Below are positions 12,956-26,178 of a stretch of DNA of 64,000 nt, piece by piece. Source of the DNA: Phyllosticta citribraziliensis (taxonomy: Eukaryota). Positions within the stretch are counted from its first letter, which is position 1. Each line of letters starts with the position of its first letter. A model generated the notes under the pieces. The model worked only from the letters and a program-made list of their open reading frames with translations. It was not told where the DNA came from and did no database searches. The DNA is taken from positions 62,001 through 126,000 of the forward strand of contig NW_027117345.1 of NCBI RefSeq assembly GCF_038025025.1, in the 5' to 3' direction. The translations under genes were made by a program, and so were the position numbers.

Positions 12956-15900
12956 GCTCTTCACCACAACGCTACTACTGGGAATCATTTTTGCTTCATC
13001 CAACAATTTTGCTCTCATGAAGAACGTTGAAGCAGAGGAGAAGGCATCAGAAGGCGCAGGGAGAAGACGGAAAGAATGGAAAGCTTCTGGTCTTTCATCA
13101 TCATATAATTAACCAATTTTTGTACATATCTGCAAAGGACCTGGTGTCTCGCAGGCTGTTGCCCATGTACTGTACAGCGCCACACTTAGACAAATCGCAG
13201 CAGCATTGGCCAACCAACGAGTGTTGAAAGCTCTTTCATGGTGACTTTTGGAAATGCTCACTGATGCGGACATACGGAGTTGCTTGCTTGCTTGGCGCCG
13301 CTGCGGCAGTGAGCGGGCCCTCGCACGTCCCCGATATTCGTCGGCGTTGCCACATTCGTCGCGCTCCTCTGCATGCATCATCTCTTTTCCGCCGCCAGGG
13401 ACGGACGCACAACAACGGCGTCCCTCCACCCTCCACCTCTCTTCGGCCACAATTCCGCCAATGTGCGTTTCAGCCTTGCCCGCGCGTCGTGAGACACGCC
13501 TCCTCCTCACCGGCGCCCTCTCTCTTGGCATGCACGGTGACAGGAGTGCAGAAAACGCCGCTCGCATGATTGTTCGCAGCAGCGCCGCCTCTCACAATCT
13601 CGCTGACAGCTTGTCGTCTCGTCTCTTGAGGTCATGCGCGGCGTCGGCGCTTCTCTCCATCCCATCAACAAGCAAGTCAGAGCCAGCCGTGGAAAATGCC
13701 GCCAACACGCCAACACGTTGGCGGGCTGTGCGTGGGGAGTGGACGACGAAGACGAGGTGGGCAGGGACAGTGTTGATCAGTCTATAGGAGTACCACCGTC
13801 CACCACGAGCCCACGACAAATGATTGCTGGATGGAGAGTCCCCGCCTGTTCTGCACAGACGTGGTAGATCCTCTTCTCCTACAGGTGTGTATTGTGGCTG
13901 CTCTTGGCGTCGGCCACCGACGTAGGTCCTTGGGAGAAGTCGACGCGGCCGTGCGTCTGGCCTCATGTCCATCGCGGTAGCAGCGGTATCGACGAGCTCG
14001 TCTCGTGGGCGGCGACGACATGGTTATGGTCGCCGTCGAGCATTTCGACGGCGGAGGAAATCTTGGCGGCTGCTGGAGTGAAGTGTCTACCCTGCTGCTC
14101 CAGGTAGACCTATCTACCACAGGGAAAACTTCTCCCATGATGATGGAGTTCTGGAAGCACAGCATCGGCTGTCAAATTGCCACCGCTCGCCCAGCAAGGC
14201 TCCAGGACAGGACTCAGGTGTCCAAGATCCAATCTCAGGCCAACGTGCCAATCGATTCATCAGTCATCTCCCAGCCCACCTACCGCCATCAAGGTGACCT
14301 GCTGCCGCTGGCGGCCTTTCTTGATCTCGTTCGGAGCGTGCCGAGTCGACCGACCACTCTGTGCGACTCTGCCCTGCCCATCAACTGACGATCGTTCGTA
14401 CAGGAGACTCAAGACTATTATTGCCCAGCAGATATGCAGAAGTGTAACAAGCGGGGACGGAAGTCAGGCTACCGGATCATGGCCGAGTTCTTTGTCTTGA
14501 CGGTAGACGCCGAGGCTGGATGGCGTGTTGGCTGGAGGAAACGGAGGACTGTTTGGCGCAGAGCGAGTCTTGTTGAACTCCATGCCGTGCCCATTGCTCG
14601 CACAACAACCTCCTCCCTCGGGCCACTCAAACCAAATGTCAAAGCCCCATCAACCACCGCAACAACACGCAGCAAAAGCCGCAGCCGCAGCATCTCCCCC
14701 TCAGCGGCCATCCGTCGCCGGCCATCCATCAACCCACGCGCCTCCCCCAGATCCCGCTCAGACGTCGACGAACGTGCGCGCTGCGGTGGGTGCGTTCAGC
14801 GTTGGGTGACGTGTGGAGACGGCGGCGCTACGACTCACGGAACGGGAAACGCCCCCTGATGATCATGATCGCAGCAGCGGCGGGCAGGGGGCAGCATCGC
14901 GTCGCTGCGCACAGAGAAGCGCCGCGCCCGCACCCATCGATGACGATCGGCTGCTTCGGTTAGAGTGCTGGAGTGTGGGTGACGTCGTTGTTGGTGTTGG
15001 CATCGAGTGTCAGTAAGAGCGCGTCCGAGGGTCCCGTATGAATATAGACTTTGAGACTTTTTATGAGTCGTGAGTCGTGACTTCTGTTGTGAGAGACTGG
15101 CGGTGAGGCAGATGTCTTTGATTCTTCGGAGAAGCGCCGAGTCTTCGCTCGTTCGACTGCGCGCTCACATTGAGGGATGACGCAGTGAGGCAGTGATTGA
15201 CAACAGGCCATGGATGTTGTCTCGCCGGCCACGCTCCCATCCTCCACGCAGACTTTGAACCTACGTCTCAGAACTCCGTGCTGGAGGCTCTGTTTGCTTG
15301 CTTGTCGTTGGTGGCCACCATCACGCTCGATTTTCAGCGGCACTGTTGGGTCCAGCCAGAGTCGCACCCGTACTCACGAGCAGCAGTTTGTGCGACACGC
15401 CTTGGGCAGTTGAGAGTGGAGGCGTTTCTCGCAAACTGAGCGCAGCTGTCGACGGCGTTTCTTCCAACAACAACAACCACCAAACGCCATACCATCGCAC
15501 CCACGGCTCAACGACCGAACGTTCCCAGCGGGCACGCCGCCCTCTCGTCCGCCACCCAATGCACCCATCACATCACCACGCATACCTCTGCTACCACAGT
15601 GCAGCGCAGCGCGGCAAACTCACCCCACCTGCGCCGTCGTCCTGCGCCGTCATCGTCGTGGCGTCGCCAACACAGCCAGATAAACACAAAGCATGTCGTG
15701 CAGACACGGTAGGATAGGATAGCGTTTGGGCGGACGACGGGGGCTAGCAAAGCTTAACGCAAAGAAGGTTCAGGGGAAGCACGGAAGCCGCAAAGTTTAT
15801 CGGCTGGACGCCAAGGCTCTCTTGCGCCTCCCGTTGCTCTGGCTGGCTGGCTGGCGCTGTTGTGCAAACGTCTATACGAACGGACGGTAGGTTGGTGAAG

Positions 15901-18900
15901 TAGGTGGGTAGATCTGGCTCGTGTCGTCCCAGTTTGCGCCGCTGAGGTACACTCGCGATGGGGAAATGGTGGTATGATGACGCTTTGCGTGGTGTTACAG
16001 TGACAGTAGCGAGGGGAACCAGGCCCCTGCCGCCGTTTTTCTTTTTGTCGTTGACATCTCGTTTGGCTGTTGCGACGACCGCAACAGCGCATTTCACTTG
16101 CTTTTCTCAGTCTCTTCCACGATGAATTTCATCCGCGTCCTCTTCATCGTCATTTTCACTCCATTGCATTTCTTGAGAGAGAGACAGTCTGGCAGTGCGC
16201 TCCGGCCTCTTGTCGGCTTCATTTTCTCAAGCCTTTTTCCTGGGCTCTGCTTCAGTCACTGTCAGGGACAACGCCACACCCGTCACATTGCGCCATCTGC
16301 AAAATCCAGCCATGGCCGAGTGTCTGGGTCTCGACGGAGCCAAGTCCCGCCTCTTTCGCGCGGAGGCGTTTTGGTCATTGGCCCGAGGCAGACGACAGAA
16401 TCTCCGAGGCCACGGCACAATGACGCGCATGTGACAAAAGATCCGATTCCCAGACGTTTCAAGACAGCAGCGGGACAAAGGGACGCGAAGAAAATCTCAC
16501 CACAGAAATCAGCGCGCCATCATCGCCGGTGCCAGCAGCGGTAGCGCGCCGTCTTGGCACTAAGTCGTCGGAAAAGAGAGCGCGCGGAAGCGTGGTGTGG
16601 TGGCGTCTGCAGCGCGTGCGCGGCTGCCCCGTACTAGGTACGTGTATAGGTCGTCCTGGGCTGGCGATGCGTTATTGCCTGGAGGCCTGGTGTTTTGGGA
16701 GCGGGCTTGGCGGAGAGAGGGGAGGGAGCACACGCAACGCACCCGAGGCGACGGGACGGAGCTCGATTCCGGGTTTGGGGATGCGGCGGGCCGCAAGGCG
16801 CGCTGGCAGCTATTTGGTGCAGATTCTGGTCGTCGCTGGCTGGCTGGATTGTAGGTAAGTGGCGGAGGGAGGGAGCCTAAGGGGACTTCTTGGCGGCAGT
16901 GGTGATGACGGCCACTGTGGATGACATGGGAGACCTCGGGCGCTGTGCCGGAGAAGAGTTTTCGTCCCTCTTTTACTGACCTGGATGTTGTGCCGCTGAA
17001 GACGCCGCGAACGCAGGCAGTGTGGACGAAGACGGCGCTGCGAGTAGATGCCAAGATGCTGCGACCAGAAGGCGACTGTTTTCCGGCGGCTGAAACATGA
17101 GAGGTTTGATGGATCTGGACCCAAGTCCTCTTTCACGAATGCTGGGTAACGAGTCGGTCTTCTGGACTCTGTGGCTCGCGTAAAACAGACGACAGAACAA
17201 GCAGTGCTTGCTGGGGTACTTTCGCAGATGGTGTCGAAAGGAATGGTGACTCGTGGAATTGCGACTGCGCCCAAGGACCACTCGTTCGCTGCCACAGTTG
17301 CGCCTGGGGAGTTTTCATCCGCTGACACAGCTGCACCTGGGCGCTGTCACCTCTTCGTCACCCACTGTGTTCTCAAAGTTGACATTGGACAGCAGTATAC
17401 ATGCCGACTTTGAATCAAGGGCTGATCAAAATCGTGCTCATATTTCTCTCCTGCCCGATGGTGTCTTGTTTGATCTTTTCTTCGCCCGGCCGGCCACAAT
17501 ACGTGCAGACACGGCACGGCAGTGCCTGAGAACGTTTGCAGATTGACGCGGACTTGACTCGGTCCACCGAAGGTCGGAAAATGACAGAAATCCTTTCGAG
17601 GAATCACGAAAATATCCTCGCACAGTCAAAGAAGGAGCATGGAAATTTTGGAGCAAGAAAGAAATCATTCGACAAGCTCATCTGCGGGCTAGCTTGAGCT
17701 TGCAAGTCGAGCAGCAGGCGCAAGCATTTGTTCGGCGCAGACAGGGTCTGGGTTCCAGCATCGACGACAGGACAGAGGCGACGTGATCCCTTGAAGCTGT
17801 TGAGTACATGCCGTTCCAGAAAGCGGCAAACGATGCCGTCCAGACATTGATTCCAGCGGCTATTCGGTCGCGTTACAGGCCGGCTCACAGTTCGTCCAAG
17901 AGCGACGTTGAGGTCCAGTCGGTTTCCATTGAGGAAATTCAGAGAATGGAAGACAATATATACCAAGAGTCGGGTAATCAAGGGATAGACATTCCGCAGC
18001 TGTCAAGCATCCCAGAAACCAGGTTTCGCCGATTCCTTTATGTATCGGCGGATTCTCGACGCGGTTGAATTTGAGCAGGGCAGCGTCCTCGGAGGAGGTC
18101 GTCGGGAGTGCGGGCCGCCCCGGCTTGTCGAGGCTGTGTAATCTTGGGATATCCCACCTCGTCGTCGACAGCTGCCGTAGCACAAAGCCGGAGCAGAGGC
18201 CGGGGGTAAAAGTGCAGCCGATCGGCTGCGACGGCTGGACTCGTAACGATTGATATCGAAGCAGGATCAAAGTCGAACCGTTGGACTATCGAGGCATGCC
18301 GACCTGACCCGATGGCCACTCCATCGCCAGCATGGCATTACTGGGGACAAGGTGCGACCGGGACTGCGGGGAAGCAGGTCGGGATGGTGTTGAGAGACCA
18401 GCGAGCCAATAGCGTCGCCGGCTTTGTTACCCGCACAGTAACGGATGACGCGAGGTGACGTTCTGACAGTCCAACTCCAACACTTTGCGACCCGGCCAAC
18501 TTCATGAGGAACCTTAACCGGACTGGCCTTTCACCCTTTGTCTGACCATCACGCGCGCGGGCACCGCCGGACCGCCGGCTCATGCTGTGTACGTACCTTG
18601 ACGGCCATTGGACTGCTCTCGAAGCTTGAGCTGCTGCTTGCCGCAACGTCGTCGAGCTTCCCCGCACTTCCCGCCTTGCCTAGACCTCACGAGGAGAGAG
18701 GGGTTGATGGTACTCGACGCCATGTCTTTCCTGCTGCCTTCATGACCATCGCCAGTCTTTGTCGACCAAGTATCCAAGTCGTTCGTCCGTCTAGCTGTCA
18801 GAACCGTTGGCCGTCAGCGCCAGCGGCACCGAACAACGCTTCTACGCAGATCGGCCCCCTGGTCTCGACAACGTGGGCCCCAACTGGTACGCCGTCTCCC

Positions 18901-19337
18901 GTAGCTCGTCTGCTTGGTCGACACGCGTAAAAAGTACCTTTTATCACAGCGGGAAGAGTCGGAGCTACCTGACAAGCCTCGACTCCCATGCCTTGATTTG
19001 ATTGAGCCTGCATGTTTCATTCTTCATTCGTCCATTCCCAACATGGCCTTTCTGCTAAATAAGCCCCAACGCCTGCCGCGCTGTGTGCTGACTTGGAGCC
19101 TCACATGCCCGCACCTGCCGCCGGCAGATACGCTTAGACCGCACCTACCTGTCCTATCGTACTTACATGTACACCACCTGCACCGGCTGGCGCTGACCTG
19201 ATTGACCAACGTAGCCCGACCAAATCCTCCTGACCGAAGCGAAGGGATCCACTTCGCCTGCGTACATATATCCCTGGCACGCCAGGCCAATATATCCAAC
19301 AGTCTTTGCCCCGTCCATCCTTACCACCACATCGACC

Positions 19338-20509
19338 ATGTCCTCCGCCGGTTCCTCAGCCTTGGAGGCTGCGAAGCGCCAGTCGACCGCCGCTCTCAAC
19401 AGCGCCAAAGAGTCGCTCAACGAAGGATCCCAAGCCGTTAAGACCGCCGCCGAGAACCCGAGCAGGGCCACGACCGACTTTCTGCACACTCCCTGGGTGC
19501 GAGCCTCCCTCCCCTTTGTCAATGGCGGCCTCGCGGGCATGACTGCCACGACCGTCATCCAACCCGTCGACATGATCAAAGTCCGCCTCCAACTGGCCGG
19601 CGAAGGCATCAAGGAGGGCCCGCGACCAACGCCCTTGTCCATCACAAGAGACATCCTCAAGCAGGGCAAGATTGGAGATTTATACACCGGCCTGTCCGCC
19701 GGCCTCTTGCGACAAGCCGTATACACGACCGCTCGCCTCGGATTCTTCGACACTTTCATGCAAAAGCTGACCAGGCGCGCCGACGCCAGCGGAAAAAAGG
19801 TTGGCTTTGCAGAACGCGCCGGCGCCGGCCTCACAGCAGGTGGCCTGGCGGCCGTGGTAGGAAACCCGGCCGACCTGGCGCTGATCCGCATGCAATCGGA
19901 CGGGCTCAAGCCAGTGGCCGAGCGGGCCAACTACAAATCGGTGGTGGACGCGCTGGCACGCATATCCAAAAACGAAGGCATAACGGCGCTGTGGGCGGGC
20001 TGCAATCCGACGGTGGTGCGGGCCATGGCGCTCAACTTTGGGCAGCTGGCCTTCTTCTCCGAGGCCAAGAATCAGCTCAAGGGCTCGTCGCTGAGCGCGC
20101 GCAACCAGACGCTGACGGCGTCGGCCATCGCCGGCTTCTTTGCGTCGTTTTTCAGCTTGCCCTTTGACTTTGTCAAGACGCGGTTGCAGAAGCAGACCAA
20201 GCGCCCCGACGGGACCTTGCCTTATCGCGGCATGTGGGATTGCTTCAAGAAGGTGACCAAGGAAGAGGGCATCCTGCGCTTCTACCGCGGCTTTGGCACG
20301 TACTACGTTCGCATCGCGCCGCACGCGTAAGTCCTCCCTCTCCGTTGTGGATTTTTGAGCGGGCTGCCACGTCTGTGGCGTTGAGCCCTGGCGAGGTGGT
20401 TTCGTTGGGCCATGAGGTTGGCTGATGATGGACGATTGATGACTGACCGTGGCACAACAGAATGGTGACCCTAATCGTCGCCGACTTTCTCGGCTTCGTC
20501 ACAAAGTAG
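19338..20509 (+). CDS. Mitochondrial carrier, 2-oxoglutarate/malate (dicarboxylate-tricarboxylate) type (345 aa; exons 19338-20326 and 20461-20509)
   Basis: Three Px(D/E)xx(K/R)xR signatures (PVDMIKVR, PADLALIR, PFDFVKTR), GLSAGLLRQAVYTTARLG and RIAPH. A 134-nt GTAAGT...CTGAC...CAG intron restores the last helix. Confidence 0.93.
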
Positions 20510-22515
20510 AGAGACGCTCCTCGTACGACGGTCGAACCAACGCGCGCGCGATGTCGGAGGCATTTTTTCCTGTTGAATTCCTACCCCTTGTCAAATACAG
20601 TACACACCCATGACAAAGTACACACTCAACCGTCCGCTCGGAATCTCGTTCGACTGCTAGTGCTTTTTCGTTGCCGTTGCTACTGCTGTGCGTTCTGTTG
20701 TGTTGTGTGGGATGAAGATGCGGCGGCGGCGGCGGCGGCGTCAACGTTTTTCTGTTCCGGGTTCGGTCTTGTTGAATCGCGTTGTTGGAATGAGGTGAGG
20801 TGAGCCGGACATCGGACGCCCTGTCGCGCGACGGAGGCTGCCGTGGCGTTGGGAGGCGGTGCTGTGTCCACAACCAAACCAAACCAACACCACCACTACC
20901 ACAACAACAACAAGATGCGAAAACGCCATCGTCCATCGCCTCCCGATCGGAAGGACGCCCGTTGTTGGCCCAGCTGCGCGGTCTGTCTGACTGGCTGGCG
21001 CTCGGGCGCCGTCGCATCGGACTGCGAGGGGCCGCCGCCGCTGTGCGTTGCTGCGCTGCGATGCGCTGCGCTGTGCTGCAGTGGGCCGAGGAACTGTTGA
21101 TGAAATAACGTCACGACGGTCGGTGCTGCTACTGTTGGGACTTTTCTGTCGTTTGTCTTTCCTCGTTCGCTTTTTCTTATCTTTTCCTGTCGTGTTTCCG
21201 CTCTTTTCCTGTTTCTTTTTCTTTCCTTCGTCATTCGTTGGAGTTTTGCCGTCTTTTGCACCGGTCCAGAGCGAGAGAGGATGAGAGGGCGCGCGCACAT
21301 ATGTGCTGCTGGCTGTTTGTTGGGTAGGTGGATGGGTTGCGTTAGATCACGGTCTTGCTGGCTGATTGATTGGCTGTTGGGCCTCCTATGCTGGGCAGGC
21401 AGGCGCGCTGGTAGTGCATGAATTGATCTCGTCATTGAATAAAGGCAGTCAGTCCTTTCTGCGCTTTCACTCTGCACCTGGAAGGCGTTGGCGTTCTCGG
21501 AGCTGTTCCATTGCTCTGAAGAAGAGGAGGCGCAGCGATGTATGTGGATGAAACTTCGCTGTGATGGTATAGTGGCTGCTGCTGCTGCTGCTGCTACTGC
21601 TCAAAGCCGTCTTTACGCCGAGCGTCGTTTCGACTCATAGCTTGATTGGTACGCCGTTGCCTTGAAGAGAGATTCGCCAGGTGCCTCACAGTCGGTCTCG
21701 CAGCTCGCCAACTTGCCTGTTTGCAGCTGTCTTCGTATCCGTCGTCTTGTCTGCCTTTTTGCTTGAGATATAATACTGAGTCTGCACTTAGTGTCGATGC
21801 ACCGTGCACCAGACGATGAGGCTTTCAGAGAGCAGAGGTTTGACTGCTGGTCCTGGATACGGCAGAGCGAGAGAATAGGCTTATTCATCGACAGTCGTAC
21901 TCTGACTGGTCGTCCTTGAAGAGGATCAGCACAGGCCGAGCAAGCAATCCAATTCTTGCGGAGGCGGGGAACAGGTTTGTCCATCCAAATCGTTCTTGCT
22001 GGCGATGCTTCATCGGAGTGTTTCCTGGTGTTGCTATTCCTCGTTCTTCTGCCTTGAAAATGGTCAAGTCGTAGAGCTTGAACCTCATCAGGTCCACGCA
22101 GATGAAGAGACCATATCCACATGGATGTGAGTGATGAGATGCCTGTGATGCCATCTCTTGGTGGGTGGACCGGGCCGGGAACTGGTGTCCGCACAGATCG
22201 CCAGACGGCACGGGTACCCTTCCTCGGCCCGTCGGGACCGACTCCGCCCGTCAATGGCCGGGGAGTTCCCGCGCCGACGATGAAACGACGTCAAGAAAAA
22301 CACCAACGTCCATCTTTGCCGCTCTCCCCGGCCGATTCCACCATCTGCGCCGGCACACTTTCTCAAAACCATGCGCTCGAGCTGTTCGACGCGTCGCCTC
22401 ACCAATTGACGCTTACAAACTCAAATCCTGTCTTCATGTCCAACATTTCCACGCCGTGACGCCCAGCGCGTCCTCAACCGCACTCGCGACCGAGTCCATC
22501 GACGGATGAACCAAG

Positions 22516-25500
22516 ATGCGAACCGTTTCGCGGAGGCAGAAAGGGAAGGTCTTGCCGGCCTTCCATCGCTACCAGCTCCCGAGGCAGCTGACGCGCACAG
22601 CGGCACTCAACCACATATCAGCGCGCATCATTCCTCAATTGCTGCCGCATCTCTATGACTTGACCCCCGACCGGTTTCCAACGCGGCGAAAGGCGTACGA
22701 CGCGATAAAACAGCGACTGTTGATCCCATTCCAGAACCAGCTGTTCTTGGGGAGATATATGGGGTGGGATCATGAACAACGTCCCTCAAACGGTGTTCGA
22801 TCCCGGCTCTGGCACGACCTTACTCCGCATATACTAGATGATACGTTGTCGTGTTGTGAGGTCCTCAAGGCACTATCCGATGGTGCAAGAACGATGTCGT
22901 TTCTGCACGACGGGAACGACTTGGTTCGCGCAGACGTACGTACGTGGCGACATTTTCACAATCTCGAAGATGCGCTTTGCGCTCTAGGCTTTCAATCCAA
23001 CACCATCGTTCCCTATGTGTCTTGGCGGATCATAGGGGTGTTGGACGGAAGCTGGAGTGCCGAGCGCGTGATTTCTTCGACATGGCGTGAGCGGAGCGTC
23101 GCAGACGATGCGTGCGAGGAGCACGACGCGTTCGTAGATGCTGACTTGGACGCCGGGCGCATTGATGACAAGGATAATTCAATGGTTTTCCACACCTTGA
23201 TGAGTGAGCCATTTTTGCGCAATGACAAGATGGTTTCGCAGTGGATGAAATCGCTGGGATGGCAGGTTAAACTTGAATCAAAGACTCATCTAATCGAGCG
23301 AGTGCTTGTTCCCTCAGCATTGGCCAAGGGGTACCAGGGTGTGGAGGAAAACCTAGATGCAGAGGTACCGTCGACCAGTCAACCTCGCAACTCTTCAGGA
23401 ACAACACATGCCGACAGGAAAGAGTCTCCTCAGCCTTCTGGCTGGAATAGCCCCCGCAACGCCAAGAGTTCTGATCAAGCAGCATTTTCGAACCAATCTG
23501 CAGTCGCTCCCACAGCCATTACAGATTCCAAGCCTATCGTTAGGTCGGCTTGGGAAGAATCTCCTACCACATCCTCTACCACCGAAGAAAGCAAGGTCCG
23601 ACGGACGTCATGGGATGATCCCGAGCCATCCGCCCCAACAGACGTGTTTTCCACATCGTCTCTGACCGACACGGAAAATGGCCTGCTTGGTTCGAGTTCG
23701 AATTCGTCTACGGGCGGGAGTCTCTCAGACAGCGATGCTTGGGAGTTGCTAAACACCAAAAAAGCTTCTGCGCCGGGCCAGGATAGCGAGACTCCCGTTG
23801 CATCCGAGAAAGTGCAGCTGCGCGCCACAAGAGATGCGTTAGTCGTAAACTCGCCGCGGATGCGGCAACGAATGGCACGCCGGAGAGAACGCGAAGCTGG
23901 AAGAGCCACGAGAATGGATCATGATCTAAATGTCCTGCAACAGCTGCAGTCTCGTGGCTCCGGCCTGCCTGTCTCTAAAGCACCATGGCTCCATGCGGCC
24001 GGGAGAGAAAAGGTCTCTCATAACGACGCTCGAGACGGTGTCGGGGGTCAGCAGAGCAACGCTTCCCCTGGCAACGAGCAGCTGGCGAGGCTGGTGAGGA
24101 GCAGGCAAGGGGGCACCTACCGCGACGAAGGAGGCAGCTGGGATAAGCAGCAAAGTCAGATCCCTCCTGGGCAGCCAGACCGTCAGACTTTTCCATTCCT
24201 TGCTTGGTTGGGGACCTCTGCAGCCGCCTTCATGCATTTCCCCCTTATACAGCACCTGAAGCAGCAGCAACAACAAAAACGAAAAAGCGGGTCCGGCCAG
24301 CTGGAAAACACGACGCTGCGGGTGACGGAGGCGGATCAGAAATGGACCTTTTGTAACGAAGAAGGCCGTTCAGTACTCACGCGCCCTATCCCCCGCAAAG
24401 ATCAGTTTCAGGAGCTCAGGGAGTGGTGGCAACGGCATGATAAAGCGGATGGTCGTGACATCGACCCAGCACACATCTACTTACGCTATCTAGAGCACCA
24501 CTACTTGGATCCGGAGCAGCATCAGGTGAGCATTGTGCCCCTGATGGAACACCTGGTGCAAGATCAACAGCGGCCTGGTGAACTGGCCCACACGACACTG
24601 TCTCTAAAAGTGAAAAAGATAGACTGTACGTACTTCTTCCATGACGAGGAAGGCCGTCAACTATACAAGCGCAGTCAACCCAATGCAGGAGAGCACCAGA
24701 AGCTGAAGCAGTGGTGGCAGCAGCAGCAGCAATCACGACAGGAGCATGGGAAAAGCGCATATCAGGAACGTGGCGAAAAAGTCACCGACGCGCAGATGTG
24801 GTTGATGCTTCTCAAACAGCACCTCCTGCAACAGCAGGAAGAACAGCGGACTCAATCACGACAGCCCAGCGAGTCGTCGGCAGCTCAGGAAGAGGTGGCT
24901 GTTGACCCACCGTCGCCATCGATTCAGCAGCCTGTCAAGCAGTCAGAGCAGCCGCAGGCGGTCCCTCTGAGGCTACAGCGTCTTGTTAATTATATTCTGC
25001 AGTATCAACAGGAGCGGCGGCGGCCAGGCGATTCAAAAAACAAGTTGCCGCCGGAGTTGATCATCAAGGGGACGAGAAGAAAATGGATATACTGCGGCGA
25101 AAATGGCGTCATCTTACTCAAAAGAAATATGCCAAATAGCAGCAAGAAGGCAGCATTGCGGCTTTGGTGGCAGCAGCGGCAAAAGCAACAGGGACAGCCC
25201 TTTGATGAATGCGAAGCACCTCCACATAAACGAATATGGGTCGAAAAGGTGGAGCAGAAATATGTGCAGATGCTGTCGTCGTCTGCCAAGGGAGAGGCGG
25301 CTGATTTCTCGTCTACGCCATCGTCATCTCCGCCGTTGGGTCGGTCAGAGAAAGAAGAAGTTTCTACCACTCGGCATCAGGACCGCATCAGCGAATCCCA
25401 GGATCTTACCAGTGAACAGCTCAGGGCAATGATGAAGAGGAAGGGATACAATCGTGCTCCAGGACCCCGGGTCAAGTGGATTTATTGGAACAAGCATGGA

Positions 25501-25675
25501 GACTTTCTGTTGAGACGTGGAAAAGTTAGGAGCGATATGCTGCAAGGTGACTGGAAGTTCAGGCGGCTTCAGCCACATGAGCAGTCACGCCTTCGACAGT
25601 GGACCACAGAATCGTCAAATGCCATTGAAGGGGACAAGGCGGAATCAGGAAACAGAATCGCCCGAATCCCACCAC

Positions 25676-25711
<36 letters not shown>

Positions 25712-26178
25712 AGCAGCAGCAGCAAGAGGAACAAGGAGTGGAAAACGGCGCACAGCCGTTGGGGGGGAGAAGACGCAGGTGTGTTGTACGAGACGAAGAA
25801 GGCCGTGTCATAGCTGTGCGGACTGCAGGAATTGGCAGAATGGGACTAAATTCCCGGCGAAAGTTGTTGGAGTTTTGGGATTGGTATCAGCAGGAACAGC
25901 AAGATGGTTTACAGCAGCCCATTGAACCCGGGTCGCCAAATTTTTGGCAACGGATTTGGGAGCTCAGGGCAAAGGCGCAGCAGCACAAGTGGGAGCAAGG
26001 AAGAAACACACCACAGTTCGCTACATCATCGTCGGCCAAGGAAGAAGGGGCGGAAAACACGATGGTGCCACAAATCCCGTCGCCCCCGCCGGCAGAGCAG
26101 CGACAGGAATCGAAGGAGCAGGAGAGCAGCTCGCTCATGAGCCGCCTGGACAAGATATCTCAGGGCAAAACAAAGTGA
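22516..26178 (+). CDS. Large hypothetical protein (1220 aa): N-terminal globular region, Ser/Thr-rich linker, then five degenerate repeat modules separated by Gln-rich linkers
   Basis: 3.66-kb uninterrupted ORF with internal repeats visible in the translation (see findings). No known family recognised; start codon uncertain. Confidence 0.8.
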
